This document shows positions 1 to 11,554 of a stretch of 64,000 nucleotides of DNA, in pieces; within the stretch, counting starts at the first letter, position 1, and the number at the start of each line of letters is the position of its first letter. Under the pieces are notes generated by a model that was not told where the DNA came from, searched no databases, and saw only the letters and a program-made list of their open reading frames with translations. Made by a program: the position numbers and the translations under genes. Origin of the DNA: Eledone cirrhosa (taxonomy: Eukaryota); assembly GCA_964016885.1 (NCBI GenBank), contig OZ024753.1:33294001-33358000 (forward strand). The letters are read 5' to 3'.

Positions 1-370
1 GTATAATAAACCTTTCAAGGATTTACACAAGTCCAGCCTCCTGTCATTTCATTATAATATTTAACTCCGTACTAGCACCACCAACTACAAAAACAAAGAC
101 GGTTGAACTGCTTTACGTTGAGTACTCTCCAGATTATTACATTAAGATTGACCATACGGAATTGACCAGCTCTATCCAGTGGTGAACCTCAAACCTAAAT
201 ATATATATATATATACATACAAGAGGAAGCTTAGTAAAATCGAAAGTTTGGCTGTGGCCAAGCAAAGTTGACCTACAATAAGGAATGAGTAGCAAAGCAC
301 TCAATAAGGGTAGGTCCTTAGAGGGATAACATACGTTTAAATAGCTTGAAAAATTGATAGATAATAGATA

Positions 371-512
371 GATATTAGATATTAATTTAACAATGAAAAG
401 AATAACAACAAAGTCAAGTTATTTTACCTATTCATATTGTTTATGATATGAATAGATAAAATAACTTGACTTTGTTGTTATTCTTTTCATTGTTAAATTA
501 ATATCTAATATC
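371..512. repeat. Near-perfect hairpin (~67-bp arms) within a probable PLE-end relic (221-645)
   Basis: gatattagatattaatttaacaatg... and its reverse complement ...cattgttaaattaatatctaatatc. Confidence 0.8.
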
Positions 513-669
513 AGACTCTGTATCTAAGGAATTAACTCATCAGAACAAGGAATGTTTCTATGGATTTCATTGGATTACTTGCTATCAGATTACATTGAGT
601 TCTATCTATGGTACGGACCCTACCACGAAAGGTAAACCACATAGAAAAAAAAAATATATATATATATAT

Positions 670-906
670 AAACAAATAGTAGAAAGGAAAAAGATATTTT
701 CAGTAGAAAATGTTTAAGAGATTCTTTCAGTGTAATATCAAAACATTTATTTATTTATAAAGAGGATATTTCCGCATTTGATAATGGGTTTGATATTACA
801 CTGAAAGAATCTCTTCAGCATTTTCTACTGAAAAAATCTTTTTCCTTTCTACTATTTGTTTTTATATATATATATCAACGTGTGTGTTTCTTTCCTACAT
901 TCGAGA
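670..906 (+). mobile_element. Hairpin (670-743/788-861) plus one-sided tail in TA tract; probable PLE-end relic
   Basis: aaacaaatagtagaaagg... / ...cctttctactatttgttt, followed by a short unpaired extension and TA. Confidence 0.55.
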
Positions 907-1055
907 TATATATATATATATATATATATGTAGGAGGTGAGTTTTATTGTAGTACAATAAAGCAATGCAGATATCGGATAAGAAGCACTCTACAGTTTGT
1001 GGGACTGGAGTATGCATAATATAAGATCAAAAGATGGTTAAAGGAGTTCAATATA

Positions 1056-1122
1056 TTTTATTATGCGCATTTCAAAAACAAACATCATCAAACAATAATA
1101 TTTGTGTTTTCATCAGATAAAA
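1056..1122 (-). ncRNA. Minimal type I hammerhead ribozyme in PLE terminal repeat
   Basis: Minus strand reads ttttat-CTGATGA-long stem II-GAAA-T-GCGC-A-TA-ataaaa; stem I ttttat/ataaaa pairs. Confidence 0.85.
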
Positions 1123-2359
1123 CAGGAGAACATGATATGAAGGCTAAAAAAACACTTGTTGATAGTGCAGTTTTAAATCAACATATGAAAAGTGGTTTTA
1201 GATTGATGTGTGATATTGGGAAAAATATTTTATTTAGAGAGGGGGGGAGAGAAAAGGATGAAAAGGGAAGGAGATGAGAGGGAGAGATGGGTGATAGAGA
1301 GAAAGAGATAGTTTTTATAACAGAGAGGAGATATATTTTATATAGAGGGGTTGAAAACCGTTGGAAGATACTGTATAAATTAAAAATTTTGAAAATTAAC
1401 GAAGGGAGGATATGTGCGAGGAAAAAATATATTATATTTAGGGAGGGGTGGGGGTGGAAAGGATGAAAAAAAGGGGAGGAGATGAGAGTGAAGGTGGAAA
1501 GGGAGAGATGGGTGATAGAGAGAAAGAGATAGTTTTTATAACTGAGAAAAAGATATAATGTTTTAATATAGAGAGATTGGGAACCGTTGGAAGATAATGT
1601 ATAAATTAAAGGAATTTGAAAATTAACGAAGGGAAATTATGTATGGAGATAGAGAGAAAAAATAACGAAGGGAGATTATGTATGGAGATAGAGAGAAAAA
1701 AAAAAAAAATAATAATTGTGGGTGAATATTCAAAAGGAGAAATGTAGGAATTTTAAAATTAGCAAAGAGAAAAAGTTTATGTATAGGATTTGAGAAAAAT
1801 AATGTGAAGTTAGAGTTTTTATATTGAATTCATATGTATTAATAATGAGTTCGTTGATGGGGAGAAAAAAATAATAATAAATTAAGGATGAAATTGAGAT
1901 TAAAAAGATTTATGATAGAGAGAAAAAATAATAATGATTGCGGATGAATACTCAAAATGTCAAAAACAAATGTTATTGTTTTACGAGGAGATATAATGAG
2001 GGTGATGAGTAAACGGGTATTATAGAGTGTATAATGCCCTTTAAAGTAAGGTAGATGGGTATATTTTAAAGAATATATGAGTATATATAAAAAAAAATAT
2101 ATAATAATAAATTAAGGATGAAATTGAGATTAAAAAGATTTATGATAGAGGGAAAAAAAATAATAATGATTGCGGATGAATATTCAAAATGTCAAAAACA
2201 AATGTTATTGTTTTACGAGAAGATAGGATGAGGTAAATGAGTAAACGAGTACTATAGAGTGTATAATGCCCTTTAAAGTAAGGTAGATGGGTATATTTTA
2301 AAGAGGTGTATGTATATGTGCCTTTGAGAAAAGATTCTAAATTGATAAAGAATTGAATA

Positions 2360-4762
2360 TTAACTGTATACTTTGTGAAAAGTTCTATGGAATTTATGCA
2401 GGCAGATGGAAAACAAATCCGAGCGTCTATTTATTATGGATTCTAGGTTAGAGATAATGGTAAATTTTTCATTTAGGCAGAGATTACAGATTTTAGATAG
2501 AGAACTGTTCAAGTACGAGGATGCAGAAGAAATCTTTTTCCAAAAGATGTTATATTTAATGTTTTTGTCTTTTAAGGACCATATGAGTTCTGAGAGAGCA
2601 GTGTTAGTTCTTTTAAGTTTGTATTTGAAAGATGAATGATGATTATAGAGACGAGCTTTAAAAGAGGTGGAAGTGGAGCCAAAATAGGTGAAGGAGTTGG
2701 TGCTAGTTATAATTTTACATTCATAAATTAAGTTTTTATCGAGGCAATGGTTGTTGAGAGGACATTTATTTTTAATGCGGCAGTTGCAATTAGAGAGATT
2801 ATTAATGAGTGATCTAGTGTTATCTATAGAAGGAATTGGATTGGAGAAGTTGTTTGCGATAGGAATAATAGGAATAATAGTTTCTTGATTTAGAGTTGGA
2901 TTATGAACATTTAGCGAAGTTGTGTTTGACGTTGCATTTGGGTTTACAGAAGTTAGCCTAGGGTTTACAATGACGTCAGGAGTACTATTATTGTTATTAT
3001 GAGATTCAATATTGGAAGGAAGAGATTTAGTATTTAATATTTTGTTGTTGTGTTTAGAAATGATGTTGGAAATATTGGAGGATGTAGAATACGAAAATTT
3101 AATGGTGTGTTTGTTAAATATTTTACTATAGATATGTGAGGGAGGGAAGCATTTATTTAAGGCACTAAAAAATAATTTAGGAATATTGTTATTAATAGAG
3201 ATGGAGAAAGGAGCATTATACCAGATTATGTTTTTGTATCTAGGTCTTTTATTAAAATTATTGGAATGGTTATGATTAAATATTCTACTGTAAGTTTTCC
3301 TAGAATTTGTTTCTTTATTATATTTGATTTTATCTGGATAGCCGGCTTTAGAAAGTGCGTTATTATAGTAATTGGCGTTAGCATCAAAGATGTTTTTATT
3401 AGAAGATATGTTAGATATTCTATTTCCAATATTATTAACTATAGCATTCTTGATATTGGTAGGATGGTTAGATTTAAAGTTAACATAATTAAGATTCTCA
3501 TTGTTTTTATGGTAAGGGTAATATAGGCCAGTGTCAAGATTAAGAGATACATCCAAGAAATTAGCTAGTTTGGTACTATTATCAAATTCAATTTTTAGGT
3601 TATGTTGGTTAAAGAGATTACGTATATTGTTCTTAATAATATTAAGTTTAACTATATTGCAATTTAGGATAGTAAAGAGTCCATCGTCACGATAAATTCC
3701 ACCGCGAAGTTGAGGAATTTTCCGACTCAAAGAGTTCAAAATGAAGATACCAATTAAATCAGTCAATTGGGATGAATCGGATGTTCCCATTGTGATGTCG
3801 AAGTTGTTAGAGGTATCGGCTCTGGTCCAATATTCGTTGTTGAACTCTAGGATGGTTTTACGTGCGGTGAGGATGATGTGAAGTTCATCTGTGGTGATGT
3901 CAGAATATTTAAGTGCGAAAGATAGAGCATTATTGAGAAGTGAAGGCGAAATGGAGGAATAGTAGCTGGCAATATCGAATTGAATAAATTTTAGTTTGTT
4001 TTTATTATCCAATTTGTTGAACCAGCCAATCACTTCAGAAGTACCAAACCATAAATTTAGGTTTAAAGAAGAGCAATTAGAACTAACCTGTGGGATAATC
4101 CTATCCAAGATGGCTTTACTAACAACCCCCAGATCAGATTTAGAGGGGGCGATTAATCTAACAGGTAGTTCAGTGCGAAAATTGTTTTTGTGATCCTTGA
4201 GATTTATCCTCGGAGTTCTTGGGAGGAATGGTTCGGTCTTTTTTTCAATGCCAAGTTTTGACATAATCTCATAGGCTTCAAGGTTTATGCATTCTAAATT
4301 TTCATGGTTGGTTTTACGATACTTTTTCCTAAGTTCCTTTAGGATAAGGTTGTTATAATTATCCTTGGAAATACCATATAGGTTATTGGTTTTGTCAGAG
4401 TGGACTAAAACATTTTTTGAGGAATTTAGGTTAGAGATTGTGTTCTTGAGATTTACAAGGTGCTCTTGTCCTTTGTAAGGGTATCTCTTGAATTTAAGAT
4501 TTTTTATAATTTTAGTTAATTCTTCCTCGAATTGTGCTAGATTTTTGTTGGAAGGAGGATTTCGTCTGGAATTAAAAAGATGATCGAGGAAGTTGTGTTC
4601 TTTGGTATGAAAGTTCCCTTTTAGGCGCTGGTCATAGAAATAGGCTGTCCATCTAAGTCTTCTTACGAAGGAGTCAGTTTTTTCAATAAGAAGTTTGGTG
4701 AATTCAGATTTACCAGGTATAGGAATGTCTTTAGTAGAATTGGTTATGTTGTAATAATCCAT
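2360..4762 (-). CDS. PLE polyprotein: reverse transcriptase + CxCx5C linker + GIY-YIG endonuclease (~800 aa), intact
   Basis: RT motifs FDIASYY, ITMG, YRDDGL, NFLDV. Linker CNCRIKNKCPL. GIY-YIG-like LIYECK...YFGST...FKARLYNH, C-terminal CNLCLNEK and CLH. ATG of MDYYN chosen as start; the ORF track starts at a non-ATG at 4822. Confidence 0.93.
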   Translation of the reverse strand: MDYYNITNSTKDIPIPGKSEFTKLLIEKTDSFVRRLRWTAYFYDQRLKGNFHTKEHNFLDHLFNSRRNPPSNKNLAQFEEELTKIIKNLKFKRYPYKGQEHLVNLKNTISNLNSSKNVLVHSDKTNNLYGISKDNYNNLILKELRKKYRKTNHENLECINLEAYEIMSKLGIEKKTEPFLPRTPRINLKDHKNNFRTELPVRLIAPSKSDLGVVSKAILDRIIPQVSSNCSSLNLNLWFGTSEVIGWFNKLDNKNKLKFIQFDIASYYSSISPSLLNNALSFALKYSDITTDELHIILTARKTILEFNNEYWTRADTSNNFDITMGTSDSSQLTDLIGIFILNSLSRKIPQLRGGIYRDDGLFTILNCNIVKLNIIKNNIRNLFNQHNLKIEFDNSTKLANFLDVSLNLDTGLYYPYHKNNENLNYVNFKSNHPTNIKNAIVNNIGNRISNISSNKNIFDANANYYNNALSKAGYPDKIKYNKETNSRKTYSRIFNHNHSNNFNKRPRYKNIIWYNAPFSISINNNIPKLFFSALNKCFPPSHIYSKIFNKHTIKFSYSTSSNISNIISKHNNKILNTKSLPSNIESHNNNNSTPDVIVNPRLTSVNPNATSNTTSLNVHNPTLNQETIIPIIPIANNFSNPIPSIDNTRSLINNLSNCNCRIKNKCPLNNHCLDKNLIYECKIITSTNSFTYFGSTSTSFKARLYNHHSSFKYKLKRTNTALSELIWSLKDKNIKYNIFWKKISSASSYLNSSLSKICNLCLNEKFTIISNLESIINRRSDLFSICLHKFHRTFHKVYS

Positions 4763-4968
4763 GTTGTAGAAGAAGAGGTGAAGGACCATCAAAAGGTATC
4801 CAATATGAGAGTAAGCGCTCAACCGTTAAGGAGCAAGTAAATGTAGGAGGTGAGTTTTATTGCAGTACAATAAAGCAATGCAGATATCGGATAAGAAGCA
4901 CTCTACAGTTTGTGGGACTGGAGTATGCATAATATAAGATCAAAAGATGGTTAAAGGAGTTCAATATA

Positions 4969-5035
4969 TTTTATTATGCGCATTTCAAAAACAAACATCA
5001 TCAAACAATAATATTTGTGTTTTCATCAGATAAAA
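4969..5035 (-). ncRNA. Minimal type I hammerhead ribozyme (second copy)
   Basis: Same sequence as 1056-1122. Confidence 0.85.
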
Positions 5036-6271
5036 CAGGAGAACATGATATGAAGGCTAAAAAAACACTTGTTGATAGTGCAGTTTTAAATCAACATATG
5101 AAAAGTGGTTTTAGATTGATGTGTGATATTGGGAAAAATATTTTATTTAGAGAGGGGGGGAGAGAAAAGGATGAAAAGGGAAGGAGATGAGAGGGAGAGA
5201 TGGGTGATAGAGAGAAAGAGATAGTTTTTATAACAGAGAGGAGATATATTTTATATAGAGGGGTTGAAAACCGTTGGAAGATACTGTATAAATTAAAAAT
5301 TTTGAAAATTAACGAAGGGAGGATATGTGCGAGGAAAAAATATATTATATTTAGGGAGGGGTGGGGGTGGAAAGGATGAAAAAAAGGGGAGGAGATGAGA
5401 GTGAAGGTGGAAAGGGAGAGATGGGTGATAGAGAGAAAGAGATAGTTTTTATAACTGAGAAAAAGATATAATGTTTTAATATAGAGAGATTGGGAACCGT
5501 TGGAAGATAATGTATAAATTAAAGGAATTTGAAAATTAACGAAGGGAAATTATGTATGGAGATAGAGAGAAAAAATAACGAAGGGAGATTATGTATGGAG
5601 ATAGAGAGAAAAAAAAAAAAAATAATAATTGTGGGTGAATATTCAAAAGGAGAAATGTAGGAATTTTAAAATTAGCAAAGAGAAAAAGTTTATGTATAGG
5701 ATTTGAGAAAAATAATGTGAAGTTAGAGTTTTTATATTGAATTCATATGTATTAATAATGAGTTCGTTGATGGGGAGAAAAAAATAATAATAAATTAAGG
5801 ATGAAATTGAGATTAAAAAGATTTATGATAGAGAGAAAAAATAATAATGATTGCGGATGAATACTCAAAATGTCAAAAACAAATGTTATTGTTTTACGAG
5901 GAGATATAATGAGGGTGATGAGTAAACGGGTATTATAGAGTGTATAATGCCCTTTAAAGTAAGGTAGATGGGTATATTTTAAAGAATATATGAGTATATA
6001 TTAAAAAAAATATATAATAATAAATTAAGGATGAAATTGAGATTAAAAAGATTTATGATAGAGGGAAAAAAATAATAATGATTGCGGATGAATATTCAAA
6101 ATGTCAAAAACAAATGTTATTGTTTTACGAGAAGATAGGATGAGGTAAATGAGTAAACGAGTACTATAGAGTGTATAATGCCCTTTAAAGTAAGGTAGAT
6201 GGGTATATTTTAAAGAGGTGTATGTATATGTGCCTTTGAGAAAAGATTCTAAATTGATAAAGAATTGAATA

Positions 6272-7055
6272 TTAACTGTATACTTTGTGAAAAGTTCTAT
6301 GGAATTTATGCAGGCAGATGGAAAACAAATCCGAGCGTCTATTTATTATGGATTCTAGGTTAGAGATAATGGTAAATTTTTCATTTAGGCAGAGATTACA
6401 GATTTTAGATAGAGAACTGTTCAAGTACGAGGATGCAGAAGAAATCTTTTTCCAAAAGATGTTATATTTAATGTTTTTGTCTTTTAAGGACCATATGAGT
6501 TCTGAGAGAGCAGTGTTAGTTCTTTTAAGTTTGTATTTGAAAGATGAATGATGATTATAGAGACGAGCTTTAAAAGAGGTGGAAGTGGAGCCAAAATAGG
6601 TGAAGGAGTTGGTGCTAGTTATAATTTTACATTCATAAATTAAGTTTTTATCGAGGCAATGGTTGTTGAGAGGACATTTATTTTTAATGCGGCAGTTGCA
6701 ATTAGAGAGATTATTAATGAGTGATCTAGTGTTATCTATAGAAGGAATTGGATTGGAGAAGTTGTTTGCGATAGGAATAATAGGAATAATAGTTTCTTGA
6801 TTTAGAGGTGGATTATGAACATTTAGCGAAGTTGTGTTTGACGTTGCATTTGGGTTTACAGAAGTTAGCCTAGGGTTTACAATGACGTCAGGAGTACTAT
6901 TATTGTTATTATGAGATTCAATATTGGAAGGAAGAGATTTAGTATTTAATATTTTGTTGTTGTGTTTAGAAATGATGTTGGAAATATTGGAGGATGTAGA
7001 ATACGAAAATTTAATGGTGTGTTTGTTAAATATTTTACTATAGATATGTGAGGGA
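6272..7055 (-). pseudogene. 3' fragment of the same PLE ORF (linker + GIY-YIG) inside the pseudo-LTR
   Basis: Matches the last ~260 aa of the full ORF except P/T at one site; truncated by the inversion junction. Confidence 0.9.
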
Positions 7056-7138
7056 TACATTTACTTGCTCCTTAACGGTTGAGCGCTTACTCTCATATTG
7101 GATACCTTTTGATGGTCCTTCACCTCTTCTTCTTCAAC

Positions 7139-9541
7139 ATGGATTATTACAACATAACCAATTCTACTAAAGACATTCCTATACCTGGTAAATCTGAATT
7201 CACCAAACTTCTTATTGAAAAAACTGACTCCTTCGTAAGAAGACTTAGATGGACAGCCTATTTCTATGACCAGCGCCTAAAAGGGAACTTTCATACCAAA
7301 GAACACAACTTCCTCGATCATCTTTTTAATTCCAGACGAAATCCTCCTTCCAACAAAAATCTAGCACAATTCGAGGAAGAATTAACTAAAATTATAAAAA
7401 ATCTTAAATTCAAGAGATACCCTTACAAAGGACAAGAGCACCTTGTAAATCTCAAGAACACAATCTCTAACCTAAATTCCTCAAAAAATGTTTTAGTCCA
7501 CTCTGACAAAACCAATAACCTATATGGTATTTCCAAGGATAATTATAACAACCTTATCCTAAAGGAACTTAGGAAAAAGTATCGTAAAACCAACCATGAA
7601 AATTTAGAATGCATAAACCTTGAAGCCTATGAGATTATGTCAAAACTTGGCATTGAAAAAAAGACCGAACCATTCCTCCCAAGAACTCCGAGGATAAATC
7701 TCAAGGATCACAAAAACAATTTTCGCACTGAACTACCTGTTAGATTAATCGCCCCCTCTAAATCTGATCTGGGGGTTGTTAGTAAAGCCATCTTGGATAG
7801 GATTATCCCACAGGTTAGTTCTAATTGCTCTTCTTTAAACCTAAATTTATGGTTTGGTACTTCTGAAGTGATTGGCTGGTTCAACAAATTGGATAATAAA
7901 AACAAACTAAAATTTATTCAATTCGATATTGCCAGCTACTATTCCTCCATTTCGCCTTCACTTCTCAATAATGCTCTATCTTTCGCACTTAAATATTCTG
8001 ACATCACCACAGATGAACTTCACATCATCCTCACCGCACGTAAAACCATCCTAGAGTTCAACAACGAATATTGGACCAGAGCCGATACCTCTAACAACTT
8101 CGACATCACAATGGGAGCATCCGATTCATCCCAATTGACTGATTTAATTGGTATCTTCATTTTGAACTCTTTGAGTCGGAAAATTCCTCAACTTCGCGGT
8201 GGAATTTATCGTGACGATGGACTCTTTACTATCCTAAATTGCAATATAGTTAAACTTAATATTATTAAGAACAATATACGTAATCTCTTTAACCAACATA
8301 ACCTAAAAATTGAATTTGATAATAGTACCAAACTAGCTAATTTCTTGGATGTATCTCTTAATCTTGACACTGGCCTATATTACCCTTACCATAAAAACAA
8401 TGAGAATCTTAATTATGTTAACTTTAAATCTAACCATCCTACCAATATCAAGAATGCTATAGTTAATAATATTGGAAATAGAATATCTAACATATCTTCT
8501 AATAAAAACATCTTTGATGCTAACGCCAATTACTATAATAACGCACTTTCTAAAGCCGGCTATCCAGATAAAATCAAATATAATAAAGAAACAAATTCTA
8601 GGAAAACTTACAGTAGAATATTTAATCATAACCATTCCAATAATTTTAATAAAAGACCTAGATACAAAAACATAATCTGGTATAATGCTCCTTTCTCCAT
8701 CTCTATTAATAACAATATTCCTAAATTATTTTTTAGTGCCTTAAATAAATGCTTCCCTCCCTCACATATCTATAGTAAAATATTTAACAAACACACCATT
8801 AAATTTTCGTATTCTACATCCTCCAATATTTCCAACATCATTTCTAAACACAACAACAAAATATTAAATACTAAATCTCTTCCTTCCAATATTGAATCTC
8901 ATAATAACAATAATAGTACTCCTGACGTCATTGTAAACCCTAGGCTAACTTCTGTAAACCCAAATGCAACGTCAAACACAACTTCGCTAAATGTTCATAA
9001 TCCAACTCTAAATCAAGAAACTATTATTCCTATTATTCCTATCGCAAACAACTTCTCCAATCCAATTCCTTCTATAGATAACACTAGATCACTCATTAAT
9101 AATCTCTCTAATTGCAACTGCCGCATTAAAAATAAATGTCCTCTCAACAACCATTGCCTCGATAAAAACTTAATTTATGAATGTAAAATTATAACTAGCA
9201 CCAACTCCTTCACCTATTTTGGCTCCACTTCCACCTCTTTTAAAGCTCGTCTCTATAATCATCATTCATCTTTCAAATACAAACTTAAAAGAACTAACAC
9301 TGCTCTCTCAGAACTCATATGGTCCTTAAAAGACAAAAACATTAAATATAACATCTTTTGGAAAAAGATTTCTTCTGCATCCTCGTACTTGAACAGTTCT
9401 CTATCTAAAATCTGTAATCTCTGCCTAAATGAAAAATTTACCATTATCTCTAACCTAGAATCCATAATAAATAGACGCTCGGATTTGTTTTCCATCTGCC
9501 TGCATAAATTCCATAGAACTTTTCACAAAGTATACAGTTAA
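7139..9541 (+). CDS. PLE polyprotein RT + GIY-YIG, intact second copy
   Basis: Same motifs. Differs from the minus copy at only two visible residues (F/Y upstream of the ATG, GASDS vs GTSDS). Alternative in-frame ATG at 7112. Confidence 0.93.
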   Translation: MDYYNITNSTKDIPIPGKSEFTKLLIEKTDSFVRRLRWTAYFYDQRLKGNFHTKEHNFLDHLFNSRRNPPSNKNLAQFEEELTKIIKNLKFKRYPYKGQEHLVNLKNTISNLNSSKNVLVHSDKTNNLYGISKDNYNNLILKELRKKYRKTNHENLECINLEAYEIMSKLGIEKKTEPFLPRTPRINLKDHKNNFRTELPVRLIAPSKSDLGVVSKAILDRIIPQVSSNCSSLNLNLWFGTSEVIGWFNKLDNKNKLKFIQFDIASYYSSISPSLLNNALSFALKYSDITTDELHIILTARKTILEFNNEYWTRADTSNNFDITMGASDSSQLTDLIGIFILNSLSRKIPQLRGGIYRDDGLFTILNCNIVKLNIIKNNIRNLFNQHNLKIEFDNSTKLANFLDVSLNLDTGLYYPYHKNNENLNYVNFKSNHPTNIKNAIVNNIGNRISNISSNKNIFDANANYYNNALSKAGYPDKIKYNKETNSRKTYSRIFNHNHSNNFNKRPRYKNIIWYNAPFSISINNNIPKLFFSALNKCFPPSHIYSKIFNKHTIKFSYSTSSNISNIISKHNNKILNTKSLPSNIESHNNNNSTPDVIVNPRLTSVNPNATSNTTSLNVHNPTLNQETIIPIIPIANNFSNPIPSIDNTRSLINNLSNCNCRIKNKCPLNNHCLDKNLIYECKIITSTNSFTYFGSTSTSFKARLYNHHSSFKYKLKRTNTALSELIWSLKDKNIKYNIFWKKISSASSYLNSSLSKICNLCLNEKFTIISNLESIINRRSDLFSICLHKFHRTFHKVYS

Positions 9542-9596
9542 TATTCAATTCTTTATCAATTTAGAATCTTTTCTCAAAGGCACATATACATACACC

Positions 9597-10700
9597 TCTT
9601 TAAAATATACCCATCTACCTTACTTTAAAGGGCATTATACACTCTATAGTACTCGTTTACTCATTTACCTCATCCTATCTTCTCGTAAAACAATAACATT
9701 TGTTTTTGACATTTTGAATATTCATCCGCAATCATTATTATTTTTTTCCCTCTATCATAAATCTTTTTAATCTCAATTTCATCCTTAATTTATTATTATA
9801 TATTTTTTTTAATATATACTCATATATTCTTTAAAATATACCCATCTACCTTACTTTAAAGGGCATTATACACTCTATAATACCCGTTTACTCATCACCC
9901 TCATTATATCTCCTCGTAAAACAATAACATTTGTTTTTGACATTTTGAGTATTCATCCGCAATCATTATTATTTTTTCTCTCTATCATAAATCTTTTTAA
10001 TCTCAATTTCATCCTTAATTTATTATTATTTTTTTCTCCCCATCAACGAACTCATTATTAATACATATGAATTCAATATAAAAACTCTAACTTCACATTA
10101 TTTTTCTCAAATCCTATACATAAACTTTTTCTCTTTGCTAATTTTAAAATTCCTACATTTCTCCTTTTGAATATTCACCCACAATTATTATTTTTTTTTT
10201 TTTTTTTTTTTTTTTTTCTCTTTCTCTCTATCTCCATACATAATCTCCCTTCGTTATTTTTTCTCTCTATCTCCATACATAATTTCCCTTCGTTAATTTT
10301 CAAATTCCTTTAATTTATACATTATCTTCCAACGGTTCCCAACCTCTCTATATTAAAACATTATATCTTTTTCTCAGTTATAAAAACTATCTCTTTCTCT
10401 CTATCACCCATCTCTCCCTTTCCACCTTCACTCTCATCTCCTCCCCTTTTTTTCATCCTTTCCACCCCCACCCCTCCCTAAATATAATATATTTTTTCCT
10501 CGCACATATCCTCCCTTCGTTAATTTTCAAAATTTTTAATTTATACAGTATCTTCCAACGGTTTTCAACCCCTCTATATAAAATATATCTCCTCTCTGTT
10601 ATAAAAACTATCTCTTTCTCTCTATCACCCATCTCTCCCTCTCATCTCCTTCCCTTTTCATCCTTTTCTCTCCCCCCCTCTCTAAATAAAATATTTTTCC
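9597..10700 (+). repeat. Two pairs of ~230-bp tandem duplications in the PLE 3' UTR
   Basis: tctttaaaatatacccatctacc at 9597 and 9828; tcccttcgttaattttcaaa at ~10285 and ~10512. Confidence 0.85.
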
Positions 10701-10796
10701 CAATATCACACATCAATCTAAAACCACTTTTCATATGTTGATTTAAAACTGCACTATCAACAAGTGTTTTTTTAGCCTTCATATCATGTTCTCCTG

Positions 10797-10863
10797 TTTT
10801 ATCTGATGAAAACACAAATATTATTGTTTGATGATGTTTGTTTTTGAAATGCGCATAATAAAA
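10797..10863 (+). ncRNA. Minimal type I hammerhead ribozyme (third copy); predicted cleavage after 10857 (AUA)
   Basis: CTGATGA 10803-10809, stem II acaaatattat/atgatgtttgt, GAAA 10846-10849, 1-bp stem III with palindromic GCGC loop. Confidence 0.85.
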
Positions 10864-10895
10864 TATATTGAACTCCTTTAACCATCTTTTGATCT

Positions 10896-10933
<38 letters not shown>

Positions 10934-11554
10934 AAATACTTTCATTACAAACAGTTTTAATTACTTAGAATTGTTTCGGGTAGACTGTGAAATGAGCTTG
11001 TTATCGTTAATGAACAAGCTTCAAGTGAGTCATAGAAACACAAAATACCTTCTTATAAATATATATATACATAACATGAAAATCTCATAAGTGGACATTG
11101 ATATAATCAACAATTTAAAAATATCATTACAAGGAATAATTTATACAATTATTGATTGCATTCGCTAATTATTTCTTTTGTGTTTTATTTTTGTTTAAGT
11201 TAAACATTTTTTTTTTTTCACTCTCTCTTTCCATAGGTAAAGAAATGTTTTTCTTTTTTCTCAAGTCTTGAAGTAATTAATGAGGTGTTTCAATAGCAAA
11301 TCAGTTAAGTGTATGATAACAAGCTATACTTTCAGAAACAATAAACTCAAGAGATATATATACTATATGTGTACATCTATCTCTGTGTGAGTGGAGTGGA
11401 GTGTCTGTGCTTGTGTATGAGTGTCGACCATACTTAAAAATAAGATAAGGAGTGATGCCAGGAAGGGCAATGTAGTTGGTCTCAAGGATGGTCTGATTTA
11501 TAATATCTACCTTGTGCTAAGCTTATATTGTTGGTGTGTATATATATACACACA

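Larger units (their letters stand above)
929..10903. mobile_element. Composite Penelope-like element insertion (Hydra-type) in a (TA)n site: full unit (-, 929-4840), 5'-truncated tandem unit/pseudo-LTR (-, 4841-7055), inverted unit (+, 7056-10903)
   Basis: Three near-identical segments. Tandem period is ~3913 bp (atgtaggagg at 928 and 4841). Inversion junction at ~7055 (gaggga|tacatttacttgc). TA runs flank both outer ends. Confidence 0.93.

Noticed and set aside
537-543. CTGATGA on the minus strand
   Set aside because: No matching GAAA or stem I found; at best a truncated ribozyme.
2406-9495. Short antisense or alternative-frame ORFs inside the PLE ORFs
   Set aside because: Shadows of the main ORF, repeated only because the element is duplicated.
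907-10928. Telomerase-like de novo synthesis of the flanking (TA)n by the PLE RT
   Set aside because: Attractive given the RT relationship, but the sequence cannot separate it from targeting of existing TA runs; needs empty-site comparison.
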